Part shown: positions 9,489 through 17,352 of the stretch, in pieces | How the letters are laid out: every line of letters begins with the position of its first letter | Numbering within the stretch: the first letter of the stretch is position 1 | Assembly: GCA_023254095.1 (NCBI GenBank) | Contig: JALNLM010000012.1 | Location: forward strand, 1-41,716 | Source of the DNA: Candidatus Geocrenenecus huangii | GTDB lineage: Archaea > Thermoproteota > Nitrososphaeria_A > Caldarchaeales > Wolframiiraptoraceae | Direction: 5' to 3' | Length of the DNA stretch: 41,716 bases | Notes under the pieces: generated by a model | Told to the model about the DNA's origin: nothing | The model's input: only the letters and a program-made list of their open reading frames with translations | The model's database searches: none | Program-made: the position numbers and the translations under genes

Positions 9489-9947
9489 ATGTCTTCGAGA
9501 GAGTACCGGCATATTGTTAGATTTCTCGGAACAGACTTAGACGGCTCTCTAAAGATACCTTATGCTCTAGCTAAGGTTAGAGGTATAGGGATTATGTTGG
9601 GATATGCTATAGCTAGAGCGGCAAAAGTGGATGCAGAGAAGAGGCTCGGCCTCCTAACAGACCAAGAACTTCAGAGGCTTGAAGAAGTTGCTAGAGACCC
9701 TGCTAGGCATGGTATTCCGGCATGGATGCTGAATAGGAGGAGAGACCCTATCTCGGGGAAAGACCTACAACTATATGGTTCAGACCTAGTATTCACTATA
9801 AGAGAGGACATTAGGAGGGAGATGATGATAAAGTCTTGGCGCGGGATGAGACACTCATTAGGGTTGAAAGTTAGAGGCCAGAGAACTAGAACAACTGGAA
9901 GAGTAGGAACAGCAGTAGGGGTATCAAGGAGAGAAGCAAGAGCCTAG
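9489..9947 (+). CDS. rps13: 30S ribosomal protein S13
   Basis: IVRFLGTDLDG, WMLNRRRD, RHSLGLKVRGQRTRTTGR. Confidence 0.96.
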   Translation: MSSREYRHIVRFLGTDLDGSLKIPYALAKVRGIGIMLGYAIARAAKVDAEKRLGLLTDQELQRLEEVARDPARHGIPAWMLNRRRDPISGKDLQLYGSDLVFTIREDIRREMMIKSWRGMRHSLGLKVRGQRTRTTGRVGTAVGVSRREARA

Positions 9948-10010
9948 AATATTCAACAACCAATCCCTAATCCTCCACATAAAACCGCATGAAAATCCAA
10001 ACAGACACTA

Positions 10011-10034
10011 CTTTTAATTCTCTTTATGAGATTC
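10011..10034 (-). CRISPR. Solitary CRISPR repeat, inverted relative to the array at 1-89
   Basis: Plus strand CTTTTAATTCTCTTTATGAGATTC is the reverse complement of the array repeat with 1 mismatch (23/24). Confidence 0.9.
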
Positions 10035-10035
10035 C

Positions 10036-10158
10036 GTGTCTAGGCTTTTCAGGTTCTATAACTATAGCTCCGTTGAGAAGGCATATAATATTCTATTGTT
10101 TACTGCTGGATTAAGCTTTAGAGGCGTTAGTAAGAGATATTGTTTAAATAATAGTTGA
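10036..10158 (+). pseudogene. N-terminal fragment of an IS6-family-like transposase
   Basis: Frame reads VSRLFRFYNYSSVEKAYNILLFTAGLSFRGVSKRYCL. GLSFRxVS matches the IS6 transposase at 41547 (GLSFRCVS), and both share TAAGCTTTAGA. Family call is from recalled archaeal IS6 sequences. Confidence 0.6.
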
Positions 10159-10170
10159 ATCAGAAATACT

Positions 10171-10521
10171 ATGAGACACATGCCTATAGCTGGTCTTGAG
10201 TGGGTGATCATCGGGATAATAATCGTAGTCCTGATCTTATGGGGGCCTTCCCAAATTCCCAAGATCGCTAAAGCGTTAGGAGAAGCTAAGAAGGAATTCT
10301 CGAAAGCAGCAAAAGAAACGGAACAAGCATCTAGAGAAGTGGAAAAAGTAGTTCAAGATACTGTACAACCGTTTACTGATACTGCTAAGACCTTCTCCGC
10401 AGAAGTACAAGAGCTAGACGCTGAGCTCATGAAGCTAGCGAAGATGCTTAACATAAGCACTGAGGGAAAAACTAAGGAACAGATAGCTAACGAGATCGCT
10501 AGGAAGATTTCGAAGCAATAG
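10171..10521 (+). CDS. tatA: Twin-arginine translocase TatA (paralogue 2); start may be ATG 10180
   Basis: GLEW TM helix, WGPSQIPKIAKALG hinge/amphipathic helix, directly upstream of tatC. Confidence 0.92.
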   Translation: MRHMPIAGLEWVIIGIIIVVLILWGPSQIPKIAKALGEAKKEFSKAAKETEQASREVEKVVQDTVQPFTDTAKTFSAEVQELDAELMKLAKMLNISTEGKTKEQIANEIARKISKQ

Positions 10522-10706
10522 ATGAATACAAAAATATAGTGATCGTCAAGAATACCGTAGATAGTGAAGATGTAGAGCAGAAATACTTGTACTATTTCAA
10601 TCCACCTCTTCACTCTGCAGAATCTTTAGAAAGGTTTTTATTTTCTAAGTCGAGGTGACAATTAGGTTTAGTAAATTAGGGTTTCTCTCATGAGGTAAGA
10701 AGAATC

Positions 10707-11600
10707 ATGAAAACAAAGAAAGACGCGAAAAAACAACAACCTGTCAGAGATATGCGTGAAATGACCTTAATGGAGCATCTTGCTGAACTCAGGGATAGAC
10801 TCAAAATATGCTTGATAAGCATCGGTGTCTCTACTCTGATAATGTTAGCATTTCCAGCTCAAATCCTTAACCCTATGGAGCTGCTTTCAGGCATATACAA
10901 ACCTCTCGTCTCAATTATTCTACAACAAATAGTAAATCTAGTTAAACCTCCAGAGATGCAGATAATAGGGGGAACTATAACTGCACCTCTTGAGATTTAT
11001 TTTATTGCTTCTCTCGTTTTCGGGTTAGGCTTCAGCAGCCCCATAGTTGGATACGAGGTATACAAGTATATCGATCCAGCGCTTTATCCTCATGAAAGAA
11101 GACTCGTATATCCTTTCGTAGCTGCCTTCACCGGATTGTTCACTACAGGTTTGTTCTTTGGATTGTTCTTAATATCGCCATTTACTTTCAGGGCCATGAT
11201 AATATTCTTTGACCTCGTCGGTGCTCTACCAATGATAACGGTAATGGATTTCTACATGACTATACTTGTCGTAACTGTCGCAACGGGAGCGATCTTCACA
11301 ACACCAATATTCATCATAATATTTGTGAGAATAGGACTGATAAGTACGAAGAGCATTGAAAAGAATAGAAAGTGGATTTACGGCATCGGCTACATAGTTG
11401 CAGCAATAATAACCCCCGATGGAGGAGTCTTCGCAAACCTGATTCTACTAGGCTTCCTCATAGTTTTAGTGGAAAGTGGAATAGTGATAGCGAAGAGATA
11501 TGAGAGAAGGAGAGCTGAAGAAGAGAGACTATGCCCCTTCTGCGGAGAATATATGGGAGATAGAATATTCTGTCCGCATTGTGGAAGATCCAGACTATGA
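10707..11600 (+). CDS. tatC: Twin-arginine translocase TatC with C-terminal zinc ribbon
   Basis: MTLMEHLAELRDRL, PALYPHERR, AAIITPD, multiple TMs; C-terminal CPFC-x9-CPHC. Confidence 0.95.
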   Translation: MKTKKDAKKQQPVRDMREMTLMEHLAELRDRLKICLISIGVSTLIMLAFPAQILNPMELLSGIYKPLVSIILQQIVNLVKPPEMQIIGGTITAPLEIYFIASLVFGLGFSSPIVGYEVYKYIDPALYPHERRLVYPFVAAFTGLFTTGLFFGLFLISPFTFRAMIIFFDLVGALPMITVMDFYMTILVVTVATGAIFTTPIFIIIFVRIGLISTKSIEKNRKWIYGIGYIVAAIITPDGGVFANLILLGFLIVLVESGIVIAKRYERRRAEEERLCPFCGEYMGDRIFCPHCGRSRL

Positions 11601-11621
11601 GAAGAGCGGAGACTCACCGCC

Positions 11622-11871
11622 AAAACGTTAGCATTAACTATAACTATAAAACCTATAGCTCAAGATACATCCAAGTCAAACGATGTGGGATATCTACTGA
11701 AAACAGATGCATATACAACTCCGAGATCAATGGAAGACCATTAGCTAGAGAAGACCTTGAGAGACAGCGGAGGCTATGGAGCTTGAATTAAATGATAAGC
11801 AAAGACAAGCCATAGAAGAAGTGGTACAAAGAATAGAGGAGGAGCTATCCAGAAGAAAACTAATCCAGTAA
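11622..11871 (+). pseudogene. Possible decayed C-terminal remnant of an aldo/keto reductase; includes the 31-codon ORF 11776-11871
   Basis: Two frames give KPIAQ..YLLK..TTP..(stop)LEKTL and AEAMELELNDKQRQAIEEV, resembling AKR C-termini; interrupted by a stop and a frameshift. Confidence 0.3.
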
Positions 11872-11937
11872 ACAATCATGACGATACCCCAACGTCGAGG
11901 CGAAACTACTAATAATTCTCATGAATTGTTGATGAGG

Positions 11938-12037
11938 GGCCGCGGCTGGGATTCGAACCCAGGCATCCGGCTTTCTCTCTAGATCCACTGTGTGCTAGTC
12001 CACAGGCCGGAAGGCTAACCGCTACCTCACCGCGGCC
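11938..12037 (-). tRNA. tRNA-His(GUG) with a 27-nt intron at 37/38 (11973-11999); G-1 and C73 encoded, CCA not encoded
   Basis: Acceptor stem GCCGCGG/CCGCGGC, T-loop GGTTCGAATCC, anticodon stem CCGGC/GCCGG with CT-GTG-G, BHB-like intron. Confidence 0.93.
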
Positions 12038-12198
12038 ATTACCTCTTTCAATACCGTTTATCTACAAGGATTATTTTAGGCTTATTGATCCTTATCTTAT
12101 TCATGGTCGATAAGATTTTTCATGCTAGAATTTTCTCTAACGCCTAGTATTGACACTTGGATATCTTTTAACATTTGAGGCCATTTTTGCGAGATTAG

Positions 12199-12417
12199 TT
12201 CCAGATCTCGTATGGTTTCACATATTTTTCGCTTAATAATGTTCATCAGCGCCTCTCCCAACTTGGTAAGGAATGCCATGAGAAAGTAGCAAAAATATTG
12301 CCAGCCCTAGCAAGCAAATACAAATCTATCGAAAAAATAAGAGCCGAAATAAAGAAATACCTTAAAAACGAGTTTCAGGAAATAGATCAACTATCAAAGC
12401 AAATATTAAAGATCTAA
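12199..12417 (+). pseudogene. Start-less frame resembling the C-terminus of an N6-adenine DNA methylase / type IIG restriction-modification protein
   Basis: NNVHQRLSQLGKECHEKVAKILP..KSIEKIRAEIKKYLKNEFQEIDQLSKQIL*; AT-rich; bounded upstream by TAG at 12196. Confidence 0.4.
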
Positions 12418-12491
12418 AAATTTTCATTTATGCCGAGTTCATATTAGCAACTCTTACAACCACATTATAGACTTTACTTAATCCCTACTGA

Positions 12492-12520
12492 TCGATTTAA
12501 ATCGACGGAAGACTTTATAT
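12492..12520 (+). promoter_or_regulatory. Perfect 14-bp palindrome directly upstream of the BRE/TATA of the LysE gene
   Basis: TCGATTTAAATCGA (12492-12505), then CGGAAGAC-TTTATAT (TATA 12514-12520). Confidence 0.55.
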
Positions 12521-12555
12521 CCATGTCTTTAGGGTTTAATGAAAATAGATAGTGG

Positions 12556-13254
12556 ATGGATCTACTCAACCTATTCATTTATGTTGTCTTGATTTCTTCT
12601 TCTGGTGCTCTTTCACCAGGTCCTCTAACAATTGCAACTATTAGATACTCTCTCGATTATGGTAAGAAGGCGGGGTTTCTGATATCTTTCGGCCACATGG
12701 TCTTTGAGCTTCCACTGGTTCTAGCCATCTCGGTAGGGGTCATCTCTTTCATTAACGACCCGCTGGTAAAGTTTTCAATAGGTTTAGCAGGATCTACCGC
12801 ATTGATCTTCTTCGGTTTAATGGAGGTCCATTCATTCATCAAGTATCGTAGAAACGTCAACAGCTCAATAAACCCCATAACAGAAGATGTAGGAGATAGA
12901 AGATTTTCCCTAGTCGGTAGGAGAGGGGTCTTCCAAGCTATACTAGTTGGATTTCTCTTCACGAGTCTTAACCCATACTTTATTATATGGTGGATGAGTA
13001 TCGGTCTTACATTGATCGTTAATTTCCTAGCCTACGCATCCCTGATAGGGATCCTGATAATGTATATCTTCCACATATGGATAGATTATGCATGGTTAGG
13101 CGTCATATCCTACGTAACGTACTCGGGTAAACGTTTCCTTAAAACATTCCATATCAAAGTCATATCGGTAGTTCTTTCAATCATCATAATATTGCTAGGA
13201 GTTTATCTATTAACCTCAGTAGCCTCCGAGTTTTTAGCTCCTAGATCCCTGTGA
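12556..13254 (+). CDS. LysE-family translocator
   Basis: SGALSPGPLT, GHMVFELP, LNPYFIIWW motifs; multiple TMs. Confidence 0.9.
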   Translation: MDLLNLFIYVVLISSSGALSPGPLTIATIRYSLDYGKKAGFLISFGHMVFELPLVLAISVGVISFINDPLVKFSIGLAGSTALIFFGLMEVHSFIKYRRNVNSSINPITEDVGDRRFSLVGRRGVFQAILVGFLFTSLNPYFIIWWMSIGLTLIVNFLAYASLIGILIMYIFHIWIDYAWLGVISYVTYSGKRFLKTFHIKVISVVLSIIIILLGVYLLTSVASEFLAPRSL

Positions 13255-13867
13255 ATCTATAGGAAACCTCCTTTTTCCTGTGTTTTCTATTCATGTAGAT
13301 TAGTAAATGAGTAAAGTTTTCTATTATCCTAGAGTGTTCGAGGGGGCCACAGTCGAAAGCCCTAACCCCAGGAATCTTCTCTGCAAGCTCTATGGCCACC
13401 TTTTTTGCTTCATCATCACCGCATACAGCTACATCAGATTCAACATCCTTCTCAAGGTCTAGAAGTGCTTTATACCCAATATTGTGGAAGGCCGACGCTA
13501 TATACGTAGATCTTGGGAGGAGCTCTCTAATAATCTCTGCAGCAGATCTTTCCGAGAAGATTGGTGGAACAATAGTAGATATCACAATCTTTCCATCTAG
13601 ATGGCGGGAAACGTCTTCAATTATGTTTCTCACCCCATCGAAAGGTATAGTTAAAACGATTACATCGCTTATCCTAGTAGCATCTCTATTCGTCAATCCT
13701 TGGACAGCTCTACCCGTCTTCTCCCCTATCTCTTTAGCTACCTTCTCTGCTTTCTCTATGTAGCGCGACCCAATCACGACTTCCAGAGATGCTTTAATCC
13801 ATCTCAATGCAAGTCCACGTCCAAGATTTCCCGTTCCTCCTACAATCCCGATGACTCTACGATTCAT
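13241..13867 (-). CDS. npdG: NADPH-dependent F420 reductase (F420:NADP+ oxidoreductase)
   Basis: GGTGNLGRGLALRW, IGSR, SAAE, SAFHN, CGDD, GPL. Confidence 0.9.
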   Translation of the reverse strand: MNRRVIGIVGGTGNLGRGLALRWIKASLEVVIGSRYIEKAEKVAKEIGEKTGRAVQGLTNRDATRISDVIVLTIPFDGVRNIIEDVSRHLDGKIVISTIVPPIFSERSAAEIIRELLPRSTYIASAFHNIGYKALLDLEKDVESDVAVCGDDEAKKVAIELAEKIPGVRAFDCGPLEHSRIIENFTHLLIYMNRKHRKKEVSYRFTGI

Positions 13868-14065
13868 CTACTTCACCTACTTTAGATTAAGGTCTTAGAC
13901 ATAACATTGTTTAAGCCTCTACTTAAATCAATCATGATACAGAGAACCTATAGGTGGGCCACACTACCAGAATGAGCTAATCATCTTTGATCTGGATAAT
14001 GTTATGAAGAAGTCTAGACAAAATGATGGAATCAGAGACTAGAACATCTAGAGCATATGGTTTTG

Positions 14066-15205
14066 CTAGAAGTTGTATTCAGCCACATCTTTTAACGTTT
14101 CTTCCACTACTTCTTCTAGATTATTCTTCTCCCATATCTCTCTCAGCTCCCGAGGATCTGCTCTCGTTTCCGGATGTCTAGCTAGTATCGCGCAGCAATC
14201 TCTATATTCCTGTATACTGTATTCGTAGGTTCCGATCTTTTTTGCTAAATCAATGATCTCCTGCTTATCCATTCCTATTAATGGCCTGTAGATCGGTGTT
14301 TGAGAGAACATACTCACAGCGTAAAGATTCTCTAATGTTTGAGATGCTACTTGACTTAGGCTATCACCTGTAACTATGCCTAGATATCCTTTCTTCCCCG
14401 CCATTCTATCAGCAAGCCTAGCCATATATGCTCTGAAGACTACTAGAATCATTTTTGGAGGGAGCTCGAAGGATTTTAGGAAGAATGGTCTAAAAGATGC
14501 TAGGTGCAGAGTTAATCCTAAACCATACTCCGATAAAACTCTAGCAATCTTTCCAATCTTCGATTCCAGTACTTCATCATGAGTCAACGACGAGTGGATA
14601 TGGAGTAAATCGACGATGCAACCACGCTTCATCATTAACCAGCTCGCTACAGGCGAATCTATCCCTCCAGACAGTAGAGACAACACTCTACCTGAAGAGC
14701 CCGTCGGCAAACCACCCAGCCCCTCAATCTTCTCAAACAAGAAGTAGAACCCCTCTTCCGTAACTTCCACCCATACTATCTTTTCAGGATTTTCCAAGTC
14801 TACCCTAAGATTCAGATTATTCGAAATGCTTCTTCCAAGTTTTTCCGCAAGCTCCAGAGACGTAAGAGGAAACGTTTTATCACTCCTCTTAACAGACACC
14901 TTAAAACTTCTCACATTATCTTCTCTCAATGCTTCAATGATCTTCCTCTCTAACTCCTCGACATCTTTTTTCACGTATACTGCGGGAGCATACCAGACTA
15001 CCCCGAACGTCTTTCTAATTTTCTCGGATAAGATCCTCCAATCATCGCCCTCCAGCTTTAGAATGAGCCTCCCACGAAGTCTCCTTAGCTTTCTACCTAG
15101 CTTCTCTTCAAGATTCTTCTTTAATAGTTTTTCATAGTAAGGCCTCCTACCACGTTTTAACGCAATCTCACCATAATGAATGACGATCGAATTGTATTCA
15201 ACCAT
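14066..15205 (-). CDS. thiI: tRNA 4-thiouridine synthase (THUMP + PP-loop, no rhodanese domain)
   Basis: HYGEIALK, GGLPTG, SGGIDSPVA, QVASQTLENL, RPLIGMDK, DCC. Confidence 0.95.
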   Translation of the reverse strand: MVEYNSIVIHYGEIALKRGRRPYYEKLLKKNLEEKLGRKLRRLRGRLILKLEGDDWRILSEKIRKTFGVVWYAPAVYVKKDVEELERKIIEALREDNVRSFKVSVKRSDKTFPLTSLELAEKLGRSISNNLNLRVDLENPEKIVWVEVTEEGFYFLFEKIEGLGGLPTGSSGRVLSLLSGGIDSPVASWLMMKRGCIVDLLHIHSSLTHDEVLESKIGKIARVLSEYGLGLTLHLASFRPFFLKSFELPPKMILVVFRAYMARLADRMAGKKGYLGIVTGDSLSQVASQTLENLYAVSMFSQTPIYRPLIGMDKQEIIDLAKKIGTYEYSIQEYRDCCAILARHPETRADPRELREIWEKNNLEEVVEETLKDVAEYNF

Positions 15206-16505
15206 CTTCTAAAATCTCTCTATCAAGTATTTTTATTAGTCTTCCGATTAGGCAGTATGGTTTGGCGTCTATGACTTCTACTTCGACCTTCCTACCTAGG
15301 AGAATGTGACCACAATTATCTCTTAATACTATAGGCTTGTAGTAGATGTTTCTGGCTATTGCTTCACCTCCCTCTCCAATCTCATCTACAAGTGCTCTTC
15401 CACTCCACCCGATCCACCTAATATTCTTCTTATACGCGATCTCCCTAACTACCTCCGTGATATGCCTACTTCTCTCTTTGATTATTCTAGGATCTAGCTG
15501 AGGAAGCCTCTCTGAGGAGGTATGCGGTCGAGGGAAAAACTTAGAGATGTTGACCGAGTCCGGCTCTAATTCTTTTATTAGTTTGATGGTTTTCTCGAAG
15601 TCTTCTTCATCTTCTCCAGGATACCCCACTATTATGTCTGTCGAGATCGTGAGATTCTCTATCCTATTCTTCATATATTCTATCATCTCCTTAAACATGG
15701 AGACCGTATATCCTCTATTCATGGCCTTGAGCACCTTGTCCGATCCTGACTGAACGGGTATATGGAGGAACTTGTAGACCTTTGGATGAAGATACAAGTC
15801 GGCTAATTCTCTCAATATTGGCTTCAAGTATATTGGATTCATCATTCCTATTCTTACCCAGAATTCTCTAGGAATCGAAACGATACTTTTAATTAATCCG
15901 GGAAGCATGTTTCTCCCGAAGTCTAATCCATAGCTTCCCATATCTTGGCTGGTAAGCCAGATCTCCATAACACCATTAGAGATCAGTCTCGTAGCTTCAT
16001 CTATGATCTTGTCTAACGAGTAGCTTACGAATCTTCCTCTAGTAAAAGGCACTATGCAGAATCCACATCTACCCCACCTACATCCTTCCGAGACTGGAAT
16101 AATACCCACAACCCTATTTTTCAATACTCTACTTTTGCCAAGCTTGTCTACACAATCTCCAGTTAGTAAATCTTTCTTAGATTCTACTGCTTCGAGGATC
16201 TGGGTAATAGCTCTAGGATGAACTAATACAGCTTCCGGCGCGATCCGTTTTACTTTATCTCCTTCTCCAGAAGCCATGCATCCAGCCACAATCATCGTCT
16301 TCCCATAAATTTTCAATGCTTTAATTCTATGGAGCATTCTATCGCTTGTAGGCTTCTTTACAGCGCATGTTACTAGTAGGATGAGGTCTGAGTCCTCGGG
16401 TTTATCTACTATCTCCCATCCAGCTTCCTTCAATATCCCCAGAGCTATCTCTCCATCAGCTGTATTCGCTGTACATCCATAGATTTCAGCGTATAGCTTA
16501 CCCAT
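15198..16505 (-). CDS. tRNA methylthiotransferase, MiaB-like archaeal/CDKAL1 (e-MtaB) type
   Basis: UPF0004 domain (YGC, TC, AGC), radical SAM cysteines, HIPVQSGS, DIIVGYPGE, TRAM domain. Confidence 0.9.
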   Translation of the reverse strand: MGKLYAEIYGCTANTADGEIALGILKEAGWEIVDKPEDSDLILLVTCAVKKPTSDRMLHRIKALKIYGKTMIVAGCMASGEGDKVKRIAPEAVLVHPRAITQILEAVESKKDLLTGDCVDKLGKSRVLKNRVVGIIPVSEGCRWGRCGFCIVPFTRGRFVSYSLDKIIDEATRLISNGVMEIWLTSQDMGSYGLDFGRNMLPGLIKSIVSIPREFWVRIGMMNPIYLKPILRELADLYLHPKVYKFLHIPVQSGSDKVLKAMNRGYTVSMFKEMIEYMKNRIENLTISTDIIVGYPGEDEEDFEKTIKLIKELEPDSVNISKFFPRPHTSSERLPQLDPRIIKERSRHITEVVREIAYKKNIRWIGWSGRALVDEIGEGGEAIARNIYYKPIVLRDNCGHILLGRKVEVEVIDAKPYCLIGRLIKILDREILEDG

Positions 16506-16572
16506 TCCTCCAAACTACACTAGGAGAGAAGAAGATAAAAACATAAGCTAACCTAAGGCAAGCTTAATTCCT

Positions 16573-17172
16573 TCAACCTAGAGCTAGAAGTGCTCTCTTT
16601 ATTTTTGCAGCATTTTTTCCGACTAGCTGAGACAACATGTTTATTCCTTCTTCTTCTCCTAGGTGCTGAACGAACTTTGGGGCTAGAAGTTTTATCATTT
16701 CGTACTTCTCCCATGGATAGACTATCCATGCATCCACCCTCTCAACATAGTAATCTGGCTTAAAGATACTCCAAGGCTTTATATGTAGTGTAGCTGTACG
16801 AAGATCTTTAGGGTTCTTTGGAGATACCACTTTTTCAACTATCGTCTTTAATGTTTCACCGCTATCTGCTACGTCATCCACGACCAGTACATTCTTATCT
16901 CCAAGATCATCTATGATGAGTGGATGATATATTCTGACCTGAGAACGTTGATAGATGTCTATGTAACTTGAACATCCTACAGGGTATATCTCATCTACAC
17001 CAAGTATATCTGATAAGAGATGGGCAACCATCATACCGCCTCTAAGTACACCGACCAATACATCGAACTCGTAACTACTCATGATTTTTTCTGCAAGATC
17101 TTCTACAAGTTCTTCAAGCCTCTCCCAGGATACCCTAAGATACTTCGATTCTCCAAGCCTGTAAATATCCAT
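16573..17172 (-). CDS. Purine phosphoribosyltransferase (type I PRTase)
   Basis: LRGG, VLVVDDVADSGETL, WIVYPWE. Confidence 0.9.
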   Translation of the reverse strand: MDIYRLGESKYLRVSWERLEELVEDLAEKIMSSYEFDVLVGVLRGGMMVAHLLSDILGVDEIYPVGCSSYIDIYQRSQVRIYHPLIIDDLGDKNVLVVDDVADSGETLKTIVEKVVSPKNPKDLRTATLHIKPWSIFKPDYYVERVDAWIVYPWEKYEMIKLLAPKFVQHLGEEEGINMLSQLVGKNAAKIKRALLALG

Positions 17173-17352
17173 ACAATTATTATGCTAAACTAGAATAAAT
17201 AATTTAACCACTACTAGAATCTTCTCTACTTATCATATTGAGTAAGTAGATATTATCTTGATTTGAAAAGTATCATTCTAAGGTTTATTGGCCAACTTCT
17301 CTAAGACGCCAACATTCATACAATAGCTAACCAGAATAAGCAGATAGCCTGA

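Noticed and set aside
9947-9972. Second degenerate CRISPR repeat at spacer distance from the solitary repeat
   Set aside because: Only about 10/24 matches; not distinguishable from chance
10052-10063. GGTTCTATAACT as an IS6 terminal inverted repeat
   Set aside because: It lies inside the transposase-like frame that starts at 10036, so it is unlikely to be an element end
10503-10658. Open frame between tatA2 and tatC (EDFEAIDEYKNIV...)
   Set aside because: No convincing start or recognisable motif; overlaps the tatC promoter region
11878-11924. C/D-like boxes just downstream of tRNA-His (ATGACGA...ATGA)
   Set aside because: No CTGA box and poor internal boxes
12097-12279. 60-aa minus-strand ORF upstream of tRNA-His
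   Set aside because: No motif; overlaps the more protein-like plus-strand remnant
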